Shown here: positions 28,905 through 38,794 of the stretch, one piece after another | Numbering within the stretch: position 1 is the stretch's first letter | Layout: each line of letters begins with the position of its first letter | Source of the DNA: a virus | Lineage: Duplodnaviria > Caudoviricetes | Length of the DNA: 64,000 nt | Strand: one strand, 5' to 3' | IMG/VR virus record: IMGVR_UViG_2900577576_000002 | Coordinates: 887 to 64,886 of that record | The notes under the pieces: generated by a model | Database searches by the model: none | Seen by the model: the letters and a program-made list of their open reading frames with translations, nothing else | Told to the model about the DNA's origin: nothing | Made by a program: the position numbers and the translations under genes

Positions 28905-29201
28905 TCAGATGCGGTAGAGCACCACGCCGACTGCGGCAGCGGTTGCGGTCTTGGCGACGCGGTAGATGCCAGGGGCATTCAATACCGCTTCCATCGTCGT
29001 GGAGGTCATCTGGGCGCAGATGGCAGCCGGCACGTTCTGCCAGTTGCCGCCCGCGTCTTGAACTTGAACGGTAGCCGTCTCGCTCGCCCCAAGGCCGCCC
29101 GCGACCAGCGAGCAAGCGCCGTCAGCGGCAGACAGTTGGAACGGCTGAGAGGTGGCGGCACCCGTTTGGGCGCCGATCAGAATTTGCTGGGCGACGCTCA
29201 T
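28905..29201 (-). CDS. Hypothetical virion protein
   Basis: In the head operon, coupled. Confidence 0.65.
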   Translation of the reverse strand: MSVAQQILIGAQTGAATSQPFQLSAADGACSLVAGGLGASETATVQVQDAGGNWQNVPAAICAQMTSTTMEAVLNAPGIYRVAKTATAAAVGVVLYRI

Positions 29202-29425
29202 GCAGCAACCCCTTCAGGGAGGATGATCGGGCTGCACGAGGCCAGCTCACGATCAATCAGATACTTGCCGAGGTTGTCGGGGACTTCCGCAACACCCTCG
29301 ATGAATTCGACAGCGAACATGCGCGGTTTGCCGGTCTCATCCATCCAGTCGGAAACCGGGTGATGAACGCCAGGTTGAACGAATGTGGTGGATTTGCCGC
29401 GCGCGCCGGGGTGATAGACCTTCAT
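29198..29425 (-). CDS. Hypothetical head-region protein
   Basis: GAGG RBS; ATGA coupling. Confidence 0.65.
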   Translation of the reverse strand: MKVYHPGARGKSTTFVQPGVHHPVSDWMDETGKPRMFAVEFIEGVAEVPDNLGKYLIDRELASCSPIILPEGVAA

Positions 29426-29488
29426 GTCGCCTCTTGGAAAGACAAAGGGCCACCCGAAGGCGGCCCTTTTTAGTCACTGCCGCCCGAA

Positions 29489-30484
29489 TTACGGACGCTG
29501 CACTTGCACCACGGCGTGGGCGTACGAAGCGCCCTTGAAGATCACCGAATCGAACTTCACGCCCACGAACTGGCCGGACAGGTTGCCCACCAGACCCAGT
29601 TGGAACAGGCGCGGATTCGGGTTGTCTTCCTTGCCGCTGATGTACGGAATCTCGATTTCCGATTCCATCAGGATGGCTGCGTAGTAACCCTTGACGCCGG
29701 TCGGCGTTGCCGAGAAGCCGTACTGCGCGGTAGCGGCCGGCGTGGTCGGCATGAACGGATCGCCGATCAGCGGCAGCTTGCCGACTTGCGTCGAGATCGC
29801 GGCCACGGTGACGCCGGCCACGACTTCCATCTCGTCCAGCGTGATGCGCGAGGCCTTCGCTTCTTGGTCGATGAAATCAGCCAGCAGCGGGTTCAGGTAG
29901 ATCGCGGTCGGACGCACGACGTACGTCTGGTTCGCGACCATGTTGGCCACGGCGGTCTTCAGGCCGTCGATGATCGATGCGCCTTGGGCGATGACCGATT
30001 GTTGGGTGATCTGCGACAGGCCGCCCATCCATTCCAGCGTGGTCGGGGCCGACATGCTGGTGTCGGTGCCGGCCCAGAACATCGAAGCGCGCTTGAGTTC
30101 GATCGCGCTGATGATGTCGTCCACGTCCTTGGCGACCACGCTGGCGAACTGGCCTTGCTGCTCGGTCACATCCTTGTCGAACAGCGACAGATTGGACTGA
30201 GCGGTCACGGCCTTGATGAACGCCGGACGTTCCACACGGGTCGGGCCGGTGGCGGTCGCCGACAGGTTGCGCGGGTCAACGGCTGCCGCGCTCGCCAGAG
30301 CGGTCTGCTCGAAGTAGCGGTGCGGGTGGCCGGTGGCCTTGTTCGGCTTGATGCGCTGCAGGGGGATCGACGAGCGGCGCAGAACGTCCATGATCTCGCG
30401 CTCGAATTCGGGAACTTCGATCGCGCCGGTGCCGAGATAGTCGGCGGCTGCGTCGAGGCTCAGCAACTTGGTTTGAACACCCAT
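29489..30484 (-). CDS. Major capsid protein
   Basis: 331 aa ORF after protease/scaffold, strong codon bias, GGAG RBS, HK97-like layout. Confidence 0.85.
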   Translation of the reverse strand: MGVQTKLLSLDAAADYLGTGAIEVPEFEREIMDVLRRSSIPLQRIKPNKATGHPHRYFEQTALASAAAVDPRNLSATATGPTRVERPAFIKAVTAQSNLSLFDKDVTEQQGQFASVVAKDVDDIISAIELKRASMFWAGTDTSMSAPTTLEWMGGLSQITQQSVIAQGASIIDGLKTAVANMVANQTYVVRPTAIYLNPLLADFIDQEAKASRITLDEMEVVAGVTVAAISTQVGKLPLIGDPFMPTTPAATAQYGFSATPTGVKGYYAAILMESEIEIPYISGKEDNPNPRLFQLGLVGNLSGQFVGVKFDSVIFKGASYAHAVVQVQRP

Positions 30485-30550
30485 GTTCTATGCTCCAGAA
30501 ATGAAAAACCCCGCCGAAGCGGGGTGCGGGTGATGCGGGAGGATTCGGGG

Positions 30551-31960
30551 TCAGGCTTGGCCGACGACCATCAGGCCTTCGTGACGCATCTTGAGCTTGG
30601 CCTCGATGGCCTTCGTGCCCTTAACGCCAGCGGCTTCGAGCGCCTTGTCGACCTGCTCGACGGTGAGCTTCTTGCCGTCGGCGACTTCGGCCTCTGCAAT
30701 GCCGCCCTTCGCCAGCAGCGTCTTGATGGCCGGCGAGATGGTCTTGCGTTCCGGCTCTTGCGCGGTGGCGAAAGCCTTGGCCTGCAGATCGGTCAGCTTG
30801 GTCTGCGAAGCTTCGAGAGCTTCTTGCAGCGGCTTGACAGCGGCAGCAACGGCATCGGAGATGGCCTTTTGCGCTGCGGCCTTGTCGGCAGCGGCTTCCA
30901 CCGTCGCGCCCGGCAGGTAGTCGTGGTCGCGGTAGATGTGCGGCACGTTGCCGGAGACGGCGGCGGCGGCCATGTGCGCAGCCACGCGGCGAACGACGCC
31001 CACGTGGCCGGCGGTCGCATGCGTGCCCACGCCGGCCTTTTCCATGGAATCGGCGGCTGCGTTCAGCGCGTCAACGTGCGGCTTGACCTGATCGATGATC
31101 GGGCCAGCGAGCGATGCGCCCTTGGCCTCCAGTTCAGCGACCTTGCCAGTCAGCGTTTCGACGGCCGCAGCCAGCGGCTTGTTGGCCTCGGCGAGCGCGG
31201 CCAGGAGTTCTTCCTTGGTCATTTCAAGTTCCTGTTCGGCCTGAGCGGCCAGTGATGTGGTGGTATAGGCCGCCAGATGCTTGTAAAGCACGGCCGCTCC
31301 GGTGAATACGCAGTGTTCTACTACCCAAGGGTCGGCACTTTGGTCGGAGATGGCGGCTAGGCACTCATACGAGAACCCAAGACGATTCTTCTCCGCTTTA
31401 ATGCGCGCACATTCTTCGGGAAAGTCACTTGCGTACAGGAAGCCCGCGATTCCAATCGCGTTTCCTTCAACTCTTGCTTCGGTGATAACCCCGATCTTGG
31501 CCTTCTTGTCGTGGCCATCGAAGTCTTCCGTGTAATCAATCGCCATGCCCAGCAGACTGGGGATGGCTCTCTCAGCAACATCGCGCGGGATGTACGTTCG
31601 CTTACCGGTGCTGCCGTTCGGCGGCGCGTCGGACGGCTCATCGATGCGCGTCAAGATGCCTGAGAAAGGCATCCTGTTGGGATGACCTTCGACATCAGGC
31701 ATCGCCAGCGACATCGCTTCCAAGTTAAAGGCCAGCGCATGCAGCTCCCAACTGGAAACATCGATGCCGAGTGCCTTTGCCTTATGGATGATCCTGCTTC
31801 GCGCTTCCTCGCGCTCCGAGTCGGAAAGGCCCTGAGTGCGCGGCAGTTGCGACCAAGCCATCCGAACGTGCCGCTCGTCGTGAATTGGTAGCGCCCTCTT
31901 TCCTGGCACCCCAAAATCACTATCCGGCAAGGCGTCACGCCGCTCTTTGGATAGGCTCAT
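30551..31960 (-). CDS. Prohead protease/scaffold with N-terminal DUF6582-like domain
   Basis: RDALPDSDFGVPGKRALPIHDERHVR; LGFSYEC..FTGAAVL; Ala-rich scaffold tail. Confidence 0.8.
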   Translation of the reverse strand: MSLSKERRDALPDSDFGVPGKRALPIHDERHVRMAWSQLPRTQGLSDSEREEARSRIIHKAKALGIDVSSWELHALAFNLEAMSLAMPDVEGHPNRMPFSGILTRIDEPSDAPPNGSTGKRTYIPRDVAERAIPSLLGMAIDYTEDFDGHDKKAKIGVITEARVEGNAIGIAGFLYASDFPEECARIKAEKNRLGFSYECLAAISDQSADPWVVEHCVFTGAAVLYKHLAAYTTTSLAAQAEQELEMTKEELLAALAEANKPLAAAVETLTGKVAELEAKGASLAGPIIDQVKPHVDALNAAADSMEKAGVGTHATAGHVGVVRRVAAHMAAAAVSGNVPHIYRDHDYLPGATVEAAADKAAAQKAISDAVAAAVKPLQEALEASQTKLTDLQAKAFATAQEPERKTISPAIKTLLAKGGIAEAEVADGKKLTVEQVDKALEAAGVKGTKAIEAKLKMRHEGLMVVGQA

Positions 31961-32651
31961 GTTGATCCCCGTGCATTTCCTTCCGAATATTTGAAATCGT
32001 GGTGGCGCTAACGCCGAATTCAGCCGCTAGGACATAGCCAAGGTCGCCAGAACGGAGTCGCGCTTTCACCTGAGCCGACTGTTCCGGCGTCAGCGCGCGG
32101 CGTGACAATTGCGGACCCCGCGGCTTGCGTTTTGCAATCGACATCCTCATCCGGGTCTCATCAGAGAGCTTGCGCCCGGTTAGAGCATCCGAAAGCCGCT
32201 GGCGGGTCTGTTCGCTCATGGGCGGCAGCGGATTGCTCTGGCGAAGCTCACGCTCGCGCAGTCTCGCCTCTTCCGATTTCTTAAATCTTCGGCCGGTCTG
32301 CGCGGCAATCTGCTTTGCGATGGACTCTGGGCGATGCTTCCTACCCCGCATTGGGGCTTCGGCATGTTTGGCGATGTTGTATCCGCACTCGCGCACGGTG
32401 CTGCGGTACGAGTCAATCCAAAACTGTTCGCGAACAAGCAGCTGGTCGACGTCTTGGACAATCTCGATCAGCTCGAATTGGAATGCACCACAACCATATT
32501 TCGCCCAGGCGCGCTGCAACGAGATTGAGTGGTGCCTACCGCAGTTCAGATCAGATCGATGTTGCCGCCAGCGAGTCGTAACATCGCCGGACGAACCGAT
32601 ATAGACCTTGCCGTTCGACACGTTCCGAATGACGTAGATGCCAACCGCCAT
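31935..32651 (-). CDS. GIY-YIG homing endonuclease with NUMOD3 repeats
   Basis: GIYVIRN..KVYIGSS; HRPESIAK, LSDETRMRMS. Confidence 0.9.
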   Translation of the reverse strand: MAVGIYVIRNVSNGKVYIGSSGDVTTRWRQHRSDLNCGRHHSISLQRAWAKYGCGAFQFELIEIVQDVDQLLVREQFWIDSYRSTVRECGYNIAKHAEAPMRGRKHRPESIAKQIAAQTGRRFKKSEEARLRERELRQSNPLPPMSEQTRQRLSDALTGRKLSDETRMRMSIAKRKPRGPQLSRRALTPEQSAQVKARLRSGDLGYVLAAEFGVSATTISNIRKEMHGDQHEPIQRAA

Positions 32652-32660
32652 CGATGTTCC

Positions 32661-32924
32661 TTACAGAACGGCCTTGATCTTGGCGATCATCGCCTTGACG
32701 TCGTCCGATGCCTCGCGCTCGACCGCTACCAGCAGGGAGCGCAGATCGCCGATGCCGGTTTCAAGCGCGGCCAACGCGCCGTGTGCAGCGTTGTCGCCGG
32801 CTTGTACCGCACCCTTGAGTGCCGCCTGAACCTCGGCCAAGAAGCCCTGCGGAGTTTCGGCCACGTCAGCGGCATCAGCACCGGCGGCTTCAGGAGCCGC
32901 AGCGTCGTTCTTTTGTCGTGCCAT
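32661..32924 (-). CDS. Hypothetical Ala-rich protein
   Basis: GAGG RBS; in the head operon. Confidence 0.65.
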   Translation of the reverse strand: MARQKNDAAAPEAAGADAADVAETPQGFLAEVQAALKGAVQAGDNAAHGALAALETGIGDLRSLLVAVEREASDDVKAMIAKIKAVL

Positions 32925-32931
32925 GGTGTCC

Positions 32932-33150
32932 TCAGAGGTTCGCAACGAGGTTGGCCAGCGCGGTTGCGGCGTTGGCATCCAAGATGCCGCCGGCGGCGTT
33001 GATGCGCGCAACGGCGATCTTCAGGTCGGCGATCTTCGCTTCCAGCTCGGCAAGACGGCCCAGTTGGGCGTGGTTTGCCGCGGTCGGCGCGCTGTTGATC
33101 GCCTTTTCGGCCGCGATTCGGGCCGCTTTCACATCTGCGTGCTGGGTCAT
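32932..33150 (-). CDS. Hypothetical protein
   Basis: In-operon ORF. Confidence 0.65.
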   Translation of the reverse strand: MTQHADVKAARIAAEKAINSAPTAANHAQLGRLAELEAKIADLKIAVARINAAGGILDANAATALANLVANL

Positions 33151-33152
33151 GG

Positions 33153-33374
33153 TCAGGTCTGCAACTGTGTGATGGCGTTGTTGATCGCCGTCAGGTTGGC
33201 GCCAGCCGGCACGTACGTTGCGAGACGTTGCAACTGCGCGATGGTCTCGACGAGCGTGTTGTTGATCGCGGAGAGCATGCCTTGCGCGTCTTCAGCGCCA
33301 ACGGCAGAGGCGACGGCGTTCTTCTCGGTTGCCGACAGAGCGATCGTCCCGAGGTTTGCGATGTAGGTCGTCAT
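33153..33374 (-). CDS. Hypothetical protein
   Basis: In-operon ORF with AGGA RBS. Confidence 0.65.
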   Translation of the reverse strand: MTTYIANLGTIALSATEKNAVASAVGAEDAQGMLSAINNTLVETIAQLQRLATYVPAGANLTAINNAITQLQT

Positions 33375-33394
33375 TGATCAGGTCCTTGAGGTGA

Positions 33395-33706
33395 TCAACC
33401 GAACAGGAACCAATCAATCGTGCCGGATGCCAAGGTGTTGGCAGCCAGGCGCGGCGACAGATTGATCGTGAAGCCGGTGGAGGTCTTGGCCGAGATCCAC
33501 CAAGTGGCGTCCTGGCCAGGGTTGACCACCACGCCGAAGTTGGCGGGCAGATTCTTCAGGCCGCTAACGACGACCGTCACCGATGCGCCAGCGCCCCCGC
33601 CGGCAGCATTGGCTACGCCGATACCAGCGCCGACCAGCGCGCGGCCCTTCTGGCTGAAACCGTAAGCGCCATCGGGCACTTCCATTGCAAAGAGATCAAA
33701 CGGCAT
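33395..33706 (-). CDS. Possible head decoration protein
   Basis: AGGAG RBS; beta-rich with KTSTGFTI fibre/lectin-like motif. Confidence 0.55.
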   Translation of the reverse strand: MPFDLFAMEVPDGAYGFSQKGRALVGAGIGVANAAGGGAGASVTVVVSGLKNLPANFGVVVNPGQDATWWISAKTSTGFTINLSPRLAANTLASGTIDWFLFG

Positions 33707-33779
33707 TTCTGCTCCTGTAGGGCGAACGCCCATGAAAAAGCCGCCCCGAAGAGCGGCTGCTTGTCAGGCGTTCAGCCTG

Positions 33780-35114
33780 TCATTCCTTTGTAGCCAGGTC
33801 AGGGTTGACCTGTTTGGCGCCCATTGCGCCCTTCATGGCGATCTCGACGTCGGCATACGGCAGGTCTGCCCACTGGCTTTCCAGCGGCGGCAGTCCGCGC
33901 CGCGCTCGGTATTCGTTCGGGGTGATCGCGTTGTTCTTGTATTCCTTCTCGTAGACGTTCGCGAGGTTCAGTTCGTCCTCACGATCAAGCCCGCGGAAAC
34001 GGAATTCAATCTGGCTGAACCCAAGCCGCGCCTCGATCGACTCGCGCGTCAGGTAGGCAGAGAAGTTGCGTGCCGTCGGCTTGATGATCGCGTCCCAGTC
34101 GCGGTCGTCGCCGACCTCGCTGGTATTGCGGTTCACGTCCGCCTCGACGCCCAGGTTCTGCGGGCTGAGTTCAAACGCCGTGGCGATCTCGCGCAGCAGG
34201 AACTCTTGGTACTTCAGGTACAAGGCATCGTCTGACGAGCCCCGCAGCTTGTGTACCTGCACTTCCTCGCCGCCGACGATTGGCGTCTGGCCCTGCCCTT
34301 CGATCTCGTTGCGCCACCAGTCCCGGAACGCATCAAGCGTCGTCCGATCCATGCCCGTGAACTGCAGCAGGTTTTCCGGTTGGCTGTTGCTCGTCAGGTT
34401 GCCGGCGTAGTCAGCGACGCCGAGTTGGCGATTGATCGAGTTGAACGCGACCTCAAGACAGCCGTAACCGAATGGATTCTCGGTGTTCGGGTCTTTGCGG
34501 ATGTAGATCAACTGCTCATTGAGCAGCGAAACGCCCTGAACTCCGCCTACGTTGCCGTAGCCCTGCGTTTGCAGGTACCGCGGCTCGTTGCGATCGCCCG
34601 ACCAGGCCGCATAGACCTGGATGGAAAGCGCGTCAACTGGCCACATCCACAGTGGCCGGATCTTGTCGGCGCCAATCTCCTGCTCAATCGCGCCAGTGCC
34701 GCAGATCAGATAGTCCTCGACGCACTGCTCGATCAGCGTGCGGAACGAGTCATCATTGTTGGGCCGCTGCAAGCATGCGGTGGCGACCTCGATCTGCCGC
34801 TTGAGTTCAGACGTCTCTTTGGCGTTTGCCTTGGGGACGATTTCCCACTCAAGCTCGGCGATCGCACCCTTGATGCGGTTGATCGCTCGCCGCGCATAAG
34901 GCGTGCGGCTGAACATCCGCAGATTCGACGGCGTCGGTTTGATGAGGGGCCGGTCCTTTTGGTACCGGACACTCCCCAGGTTCATCAGCCGCGCATAGGC
35001 CGTCGACACGCGCGCCGGCGCCTTACGCATCCGGCCGGCCCACAGTGCTTGAGCTAGTCGATCGCCAGACCAATCGGCCACGCGCTGCAGGAATGGTTTT
35101 TTGCGTACCGCCAT
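33780..35114 (-). CDS. Portal protein
   Basis: After terminase; DYLICGTGAIE..LWMWPVD; EIATAFELSPQNLG. Confidence 0.9.
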   Translation of the reverse strand: MAVRKKPFLQRVADWSGDRLAQALWAGRMRKAPARVSTAYARLMNLGSVRYQKDRPLIKPTPSNLRMFSRTPYARRAINRIKGAIAELEWEIVPKANAKETSELKRQIEVATACLQRPNNDDSFRTLIEQCVEDYLICGTGAIEQEIGADKIRPLWMWPVDALSIQVYAAWSGDRNEPRYLQTQGYGNVGGVQGVSLLNEQLIYIRKDPNTENPFGYGCLEVAFNSINRQLGVADYAGNLTSNSQPENLLQFTGMDRTTLDAFRDWWRNEIEGQGQTPIVGGEEVQVHKLRGSSDDALYLKYQEFLLREIATAFELSPQNLGVEADVNRNTSEVGDDRDWDAIIKPTARNFSAYLTRESIEARLGFSQIEFRFRGLDREDELNLANVYEKEYKNNAITPNEYRARRGLPPLESQWADLPYADVEIAMKGAMGAKQVNPDLATKE

Positions 35115-35121
35115 GGTTTTC

Positions 35122-36372
35122 CTAGACGCTGCCGAATGCAAAGGTCGGTTTATCGATCGGCCACCGTTTCACGATGAAATAGCCAAGGGCGTCGGGCGCG
35201 TGGTCCTTGCCGTTCTTCTTGTCCGGCTCGCCGTTTTGGTCATACACCTGTTGCTCAAGGCACTCAGTCACGGTCGGGCACTTGCGCGTGTTGACGAACA
35301 ATTGCCTTGCGCCAATACCGTTCAGGATCAACCCGTTGACGGCATTGACCCGGTCCTTGACGGCCGGATTTGTCGATCCAACGTGCACCGACAGGCCGTG
35401 ATCGCGCAGAATCTGCAGATCAGAGAGCGAAGCATTGACCGACTTGTGACCTCGCCCGCTCGCATCCGGATAGACCGTGATGTGGTGCCCGGGGAAACGC
35501 TCGACCAGTAATTGCGCAAGCGCCGGCGTATCCCGAACGCCCGTGAGTTCATCAAGGATCATGGGGTAGCCGAAGCGATCCACCCCGATGACTGCGGTGC
35601 AGTTGTAGACGTTGAAGTCCACACCCACATGCAACGGCTCGCCGTCGATGATCTCGGCGTCCGTGTGGTTCTTGTGCCGGTCAAAGTCCGGATACACCGC
35701 CCCGCTCGTCAGGTTGACGAACAAGCCCTCAAGGTATGCATCCAGCAGGTTCGCCGGATAGATCGCCCGCAGCTGGTCGACGTAGCCATCCGGAAGGAAT
35801 GGGTTACTCGACGTCGGCGCGCGGTAGAGGATGTATCCATCCTTCGGGTCTTTCTGCCACGTCTGGTAGACGAAGCGAAAGCCTTCCGGGGTCGTGGCAA
35901 TCGCCAGCGTGTTCTTGTCGCCGTCCGGCTTTTTCTTCCGGCAGCGAGCTAGGCACTTGCGCCAGGCGTTGGCCGCCTTCTTCTCGTCCAGAATGTCGAA
36001 CTCATCGATCCCGCCGTCCGAAATCTCAAAGCCGACGATCCGATCGGGATTGTCCAGCGTGCGAAAGATGACGTTGCCGCCGGTGCCGACCTTCAGTTCC
36101 TTGTCCGACTTGTTCAGCTTGTGCCGGATCTTCATCGCATCCAGCCGCTCTTCAAACTTCGGCCAAGCGATGAGGCTGATCAGGTCATAGGTCGGCGCGA
36201 AGTACCCGACGTTGAACATCGGGTACAGCAGCTTCTTCATCATCAGCCGCGTGACCAGCGCGTCGGACTTGCCCGCACCGAACCCGCCCACGAAGGCCGG
36301 GAACTGATGCTCGGAGAACACGAAATCTTCCTGCGGCTCGGTCAGCGCCAGATTGACTTCAAGTTCACTCAT
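35122..36372 (-). CDS. Terminase large subunit
   Basis: GGFGAGKS Walker A, IDEFD, ATTPEG, GVDFN, DHAPDALGY. Confidence 0.95.
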   Translation of the reverse strand: MSELEVNLALTEPQEDFVFSEHQFPAFVGGFGAGKSDALVTRLMMKKLLYPMFNVGYFAPTYDLISLIAWPKFEERLDAMKIRHKLNKSDKELKVGTGGNVIFRTLDNPDRIVGFEISDGGIDEFDILDEKKAANAWRKCLARCRKKKPDGDKNTLAIATTPEGFRFVYQTWQKDPKDGYILYRAPTSSNPFLPDGYVDQLRAIYPANLLDAYLEGLFVNLTSGAVYPDFDRHKNHTDAEIIDGEPLHVGVDFNVYNCTAVIGVDRFGYPMILDELTGVRDTPALAQLLVERFPGHHITVYPDASGRGHKSVNASLSDLQILRDHGLSVHVGSTNPAVKDRVNAVNGLILNGIGARQLFVNTRKCPTVTECLEQQVYDQNGEPDKKNGKDHAPDALGYFIVKRWPIDKPTFAFGSV

Positions 36373-36895
36373 CCTTTCGGGCCCGGCGTACGGTGATGCG
36401 GATCGATTCCGGCGCGTCGCCGTCCTCGTCGGCCATCAGGTCGCGGCGAGCAAGTTCGAGCTTTCGGATCAGGTCAATCTGCCGGATGATCAGGTCGGCG
36501 TAGTCGGGCGCGGCGGCCTTCAATTCCTTCTTGTCGTACGGCTGCATCGACTCGGTCGCGCGGTCGTATTCCTCGCCGATCTTGCGAGTGACCTGCAGCG
36601 CGCCGTCGACCATGTCCATCAGGTCAAGCGAGCCGGACAGGCGCACGAATCGATGGAGCTTCACCCGGGCCAGCCGGATCTCGTCGTCCAGGCTGCCAAC
36701 CTCGGCGCGCTCGTACAGCACGCGCTCATCAGAGGTCAGGGCATCGGAGTAGAAGCCGTGTTTCACGGCATTGGCATTACCCTTGGGGGCGCCGGTGCTT
36801 GCTCCGCCATGCAACTTGCAGCGCGTCTTGCCTTCCATTGGAGCCCGTTTGCACGGCGCTCCTGACCGCGTCTTGGCTCCGCATGTGCTTGCCAT
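36365..36895 (-). CDS. Terminase small subunit (HGGxSTG type)
   Basis: CGAKTRSG.PCK..CKLHGGASTG..NAVKHGFYS. Confidence 0.8.
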   Translation of the reverse strand: MASTCGAKTRSGAPCKRAPMEGKTRCKLHGGASTGAPKGNANAVKHGFYSDALTSDERVLYERAEVGSLDDEIRLARVKLHRFVRLSGSLDLMDMVDGALQVTRKIGEEYDRATESMQPYDKKELKAAAPDYADLIIRQIDLIRKLELARRDLMADEDGDAPESIRITVRRARKDE

Positions 36896-37031
36896 GCGTG
36901 GCCTCGTTCATGGGGTTGTTTCGTGAGTTTTAGGTTTTGACTATCGCGAGCGGCTCGCCGCCGGATATAAACCCGTTATTTCTGAGACTTTCGGCGCGGC
37001 AAGATAGAGGCAATCTATTGCCACCCATCAA

Positions 37032-37220
37032 TCACGCCCTTCCTCGTGAGGGGATCAACCGCACCCGTGCACCACGGCGCATGATGAAGTCGGCGACGCT
37101 CTCAGGTTCAGGCCACGGCCCACCGAGATACGCGAGCACGATCCGCGCGCGCAGATACCAGTTCACCCACCATGCGATGCTGATCTTGAGGGTGTACTCA
37201 ATGGCTTCCATGGCAATCAC
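37032..37220 (-). CDS. Hypothetical protein
   Basis: GTGA coupling. Confidence 0.5.
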   Translation of the reverse strand: MIAMEAIEYTLKISIAWWVNWYLRARIVLAYLGGPWPEPESVADFIMRRGARVRLIPSRGRA

Positions 37221-37431
37221 TCGCCCGGTTCGGATAAGTGAACGGCGCCGTTAGCCATTCGACGAAACGAGACCGGTACTCTCGCATGGACTCGCCAGAT
37301 CGGCGCTTATCCATGGGCTTCGGGCCGCCTGCAAATGTGTAGGCGTCAAGGAAGTTGTCGATAAACTCCTCGGACTCGCCCATCCAGTTCAAGTCATCCC
37401 ACCAGATGCGGAGTCTGCGTAGCAGGTTCAC
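37217..37431 (-). CDS. Hypothetical protein (start approximate)
   Basis: In-operon ORF. Confidence 0.45.
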
Positions 37432-37634
37432 GATGCGTCTCCACCCATGGGCAAACAGTCTGTGTGCAAGCACCCTTCCCGCCCAATCGCCCCGACTGCC
37501 TCGTCTTCGCCCTCTTGGTCGTACAGGTGAGGTAAGACGCTGGGGAAATGGCCATTGCTTGGAATGGCCTCGTCATCATCGAAGGTGCGCTGCGGCCGGG
37601 GCATGTTGGAATAATGGCCGGACATGCCGGTCAA
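37428..37634 (-). CDS. Hypothetical protein
   Basis: In-operon ORF. Confidence 0.45.
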   Translation of the reverse strand: MTGMSGHYSNMPRPQRTFDDDEAIPSNGHFPSVLPHLYDQEGEDEAVGAIGREGCLHTDCLPMGGDAS

Positions 37635-37643
37635 GAGGAATGA

Positions 37644-37874
37644 TTAATACGGCGCGCGATTCGCGATCGTTTTGCCCTGCGCATTTAGAACATAGGCATT
37701 GCCGGTCAAGGTGAACTGCCGCATGCTGTTGTCACCCGTCACATGTGCCACCACTTGGCTTCCATCTCGAATGAAGTCCAATTGCTCATGGTCGAGGATT
37801 TGAACCACCGTGAAATTCTTTTCGACGGCGTTGTCCGGCATGTCTTCTGCCGACATCAGTTTCAAATACATCAT
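37644..37874 (-). CDS. Hypothetical protein
   Basis: AGGAG RBS. Confidence 0.65.
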   Translation of the reverse strand: MMYLKLMSAEDMPDNAVEKNFTVVQILDHEQLDFIRDGSQVVAHVTGDNSMRQFTLTGNAYVLNAQGKTIANRAPY

Positions 37875-37960
37875 GGTCTACTCCTAGTGAATGGGCATCT
37901 CTGCCCGAATAAAAAGCGACCCGATCAGCGCGGGCCAAACGCGCAGAGCGCGAGGGGAGA

Positions 37961-38035
37961 TGGTTGCGGCAAGTGGAATCGAACCACTGACCTTCGGGGT
38001 ATGAACCCGTTGCGCTACCGCTGCGCCATACCGCA
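37961..38035 (-). tRNA. tRNA-Met(CAT), initiator-like
   Basis: Cloverleaf, TTCGATT T-loop, encoded CCA, GGG:CCC anticodon stem. Confidence 0.9.
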
Positions 38036-38039
38036 AAAA

Positions 38040-38115
38040 TGGCTGTCCGAGCTGGAATCGAACCAGCCTCACACGGATTAACAGTCCGGCCGCACACCTT
38101 TGTGCGTTTCTGACA
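38040..38115 (-). tRNA. tRNA-Asn(GTT), non-canonical
   Basis: Cloverleaf, CTGTTAA loop, CCA end; A8, A5-G68 and C27-U43 irregularities. Confidence 0.8.
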
Positions 38116-38119
38116 ATTG

Positions 38120-38555
38120 AAGAGGGAACCACCGCGCCGGGTTGATGAGCCCGTACGGCTTACGTGGGGGACAAGTCTTAGCGCCGCATCCATGCGGCTG
38201 TGCGCTCTACCCTGGAATTTGGGCCCCAGTTGACGCATCAATGGTCGACTGTCGCTGTCACCCTCACAACTGAGCCCTGTACCGCGAGTGGCGCGGCGGT
38301 CCCGGCAACAGAACCAAGCCCCTGTTCCTGGCGGTTGCCGTCGACAGGAGGAAGCCCAAGACTCATGCGTGAGGATTCAGGGGCCCACGCACCAGACGGA
38401 CAAGCCGCGCCGATCTCGTGGGTAAGTTGTATCCCTGACAGAACCCCGCGACCCGTTCATCCGCGCAGGATGCGTTCGACCAGCCATGCCGGCAGTTTCG
38501 GGGTTGTGTCAGGAGCCTCAATCTGAGGCAGTGTGTTTGTTGCGCCACACAAAAG
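38120..38555 (-). ncRNA. Candidate structured RNA upstream of the tRNAs
   Basis: ORF-poor; nested long-range helices plus one crossing pair. Confidence 0.45.
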
Positions 38556-38794
38556 TTCGCCGCGTTTGCTTTTTGATAACTCTTTATCTATATTCGCGCT
38601 TAACAGCCAATCTGTTATCAAAGATCACGCCGGATCACCCGGCAAGGAGGTTTCCAGCGATGACTAGCTACCCAGCAGAGTTCGGCGCCCAACATGTGCA
38701 GGCGCTTGGAGACGCAAACAGAAGAGTTTGAGCGCGGCCCTTTGATCGGCGCGGGGGTCGCGTAGCGGTACGGGGAAGTTCGGCGCCGAGACAA

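Noticed and set aside
25018-31255. Long plus-strand ORFs 25018-26703 and 29504-31255
   Set aside because: Antisense shadows of sheath, capsid and scaffold genes
38120-38555. RNase P, tmRNA or group I intron identity for the late leader
   Set aside because: Only partial resemblances (GAGGAAG, ACAGAACC, AAGACUUGUCC) in the wrong order; no tRNA-like ends or exon context
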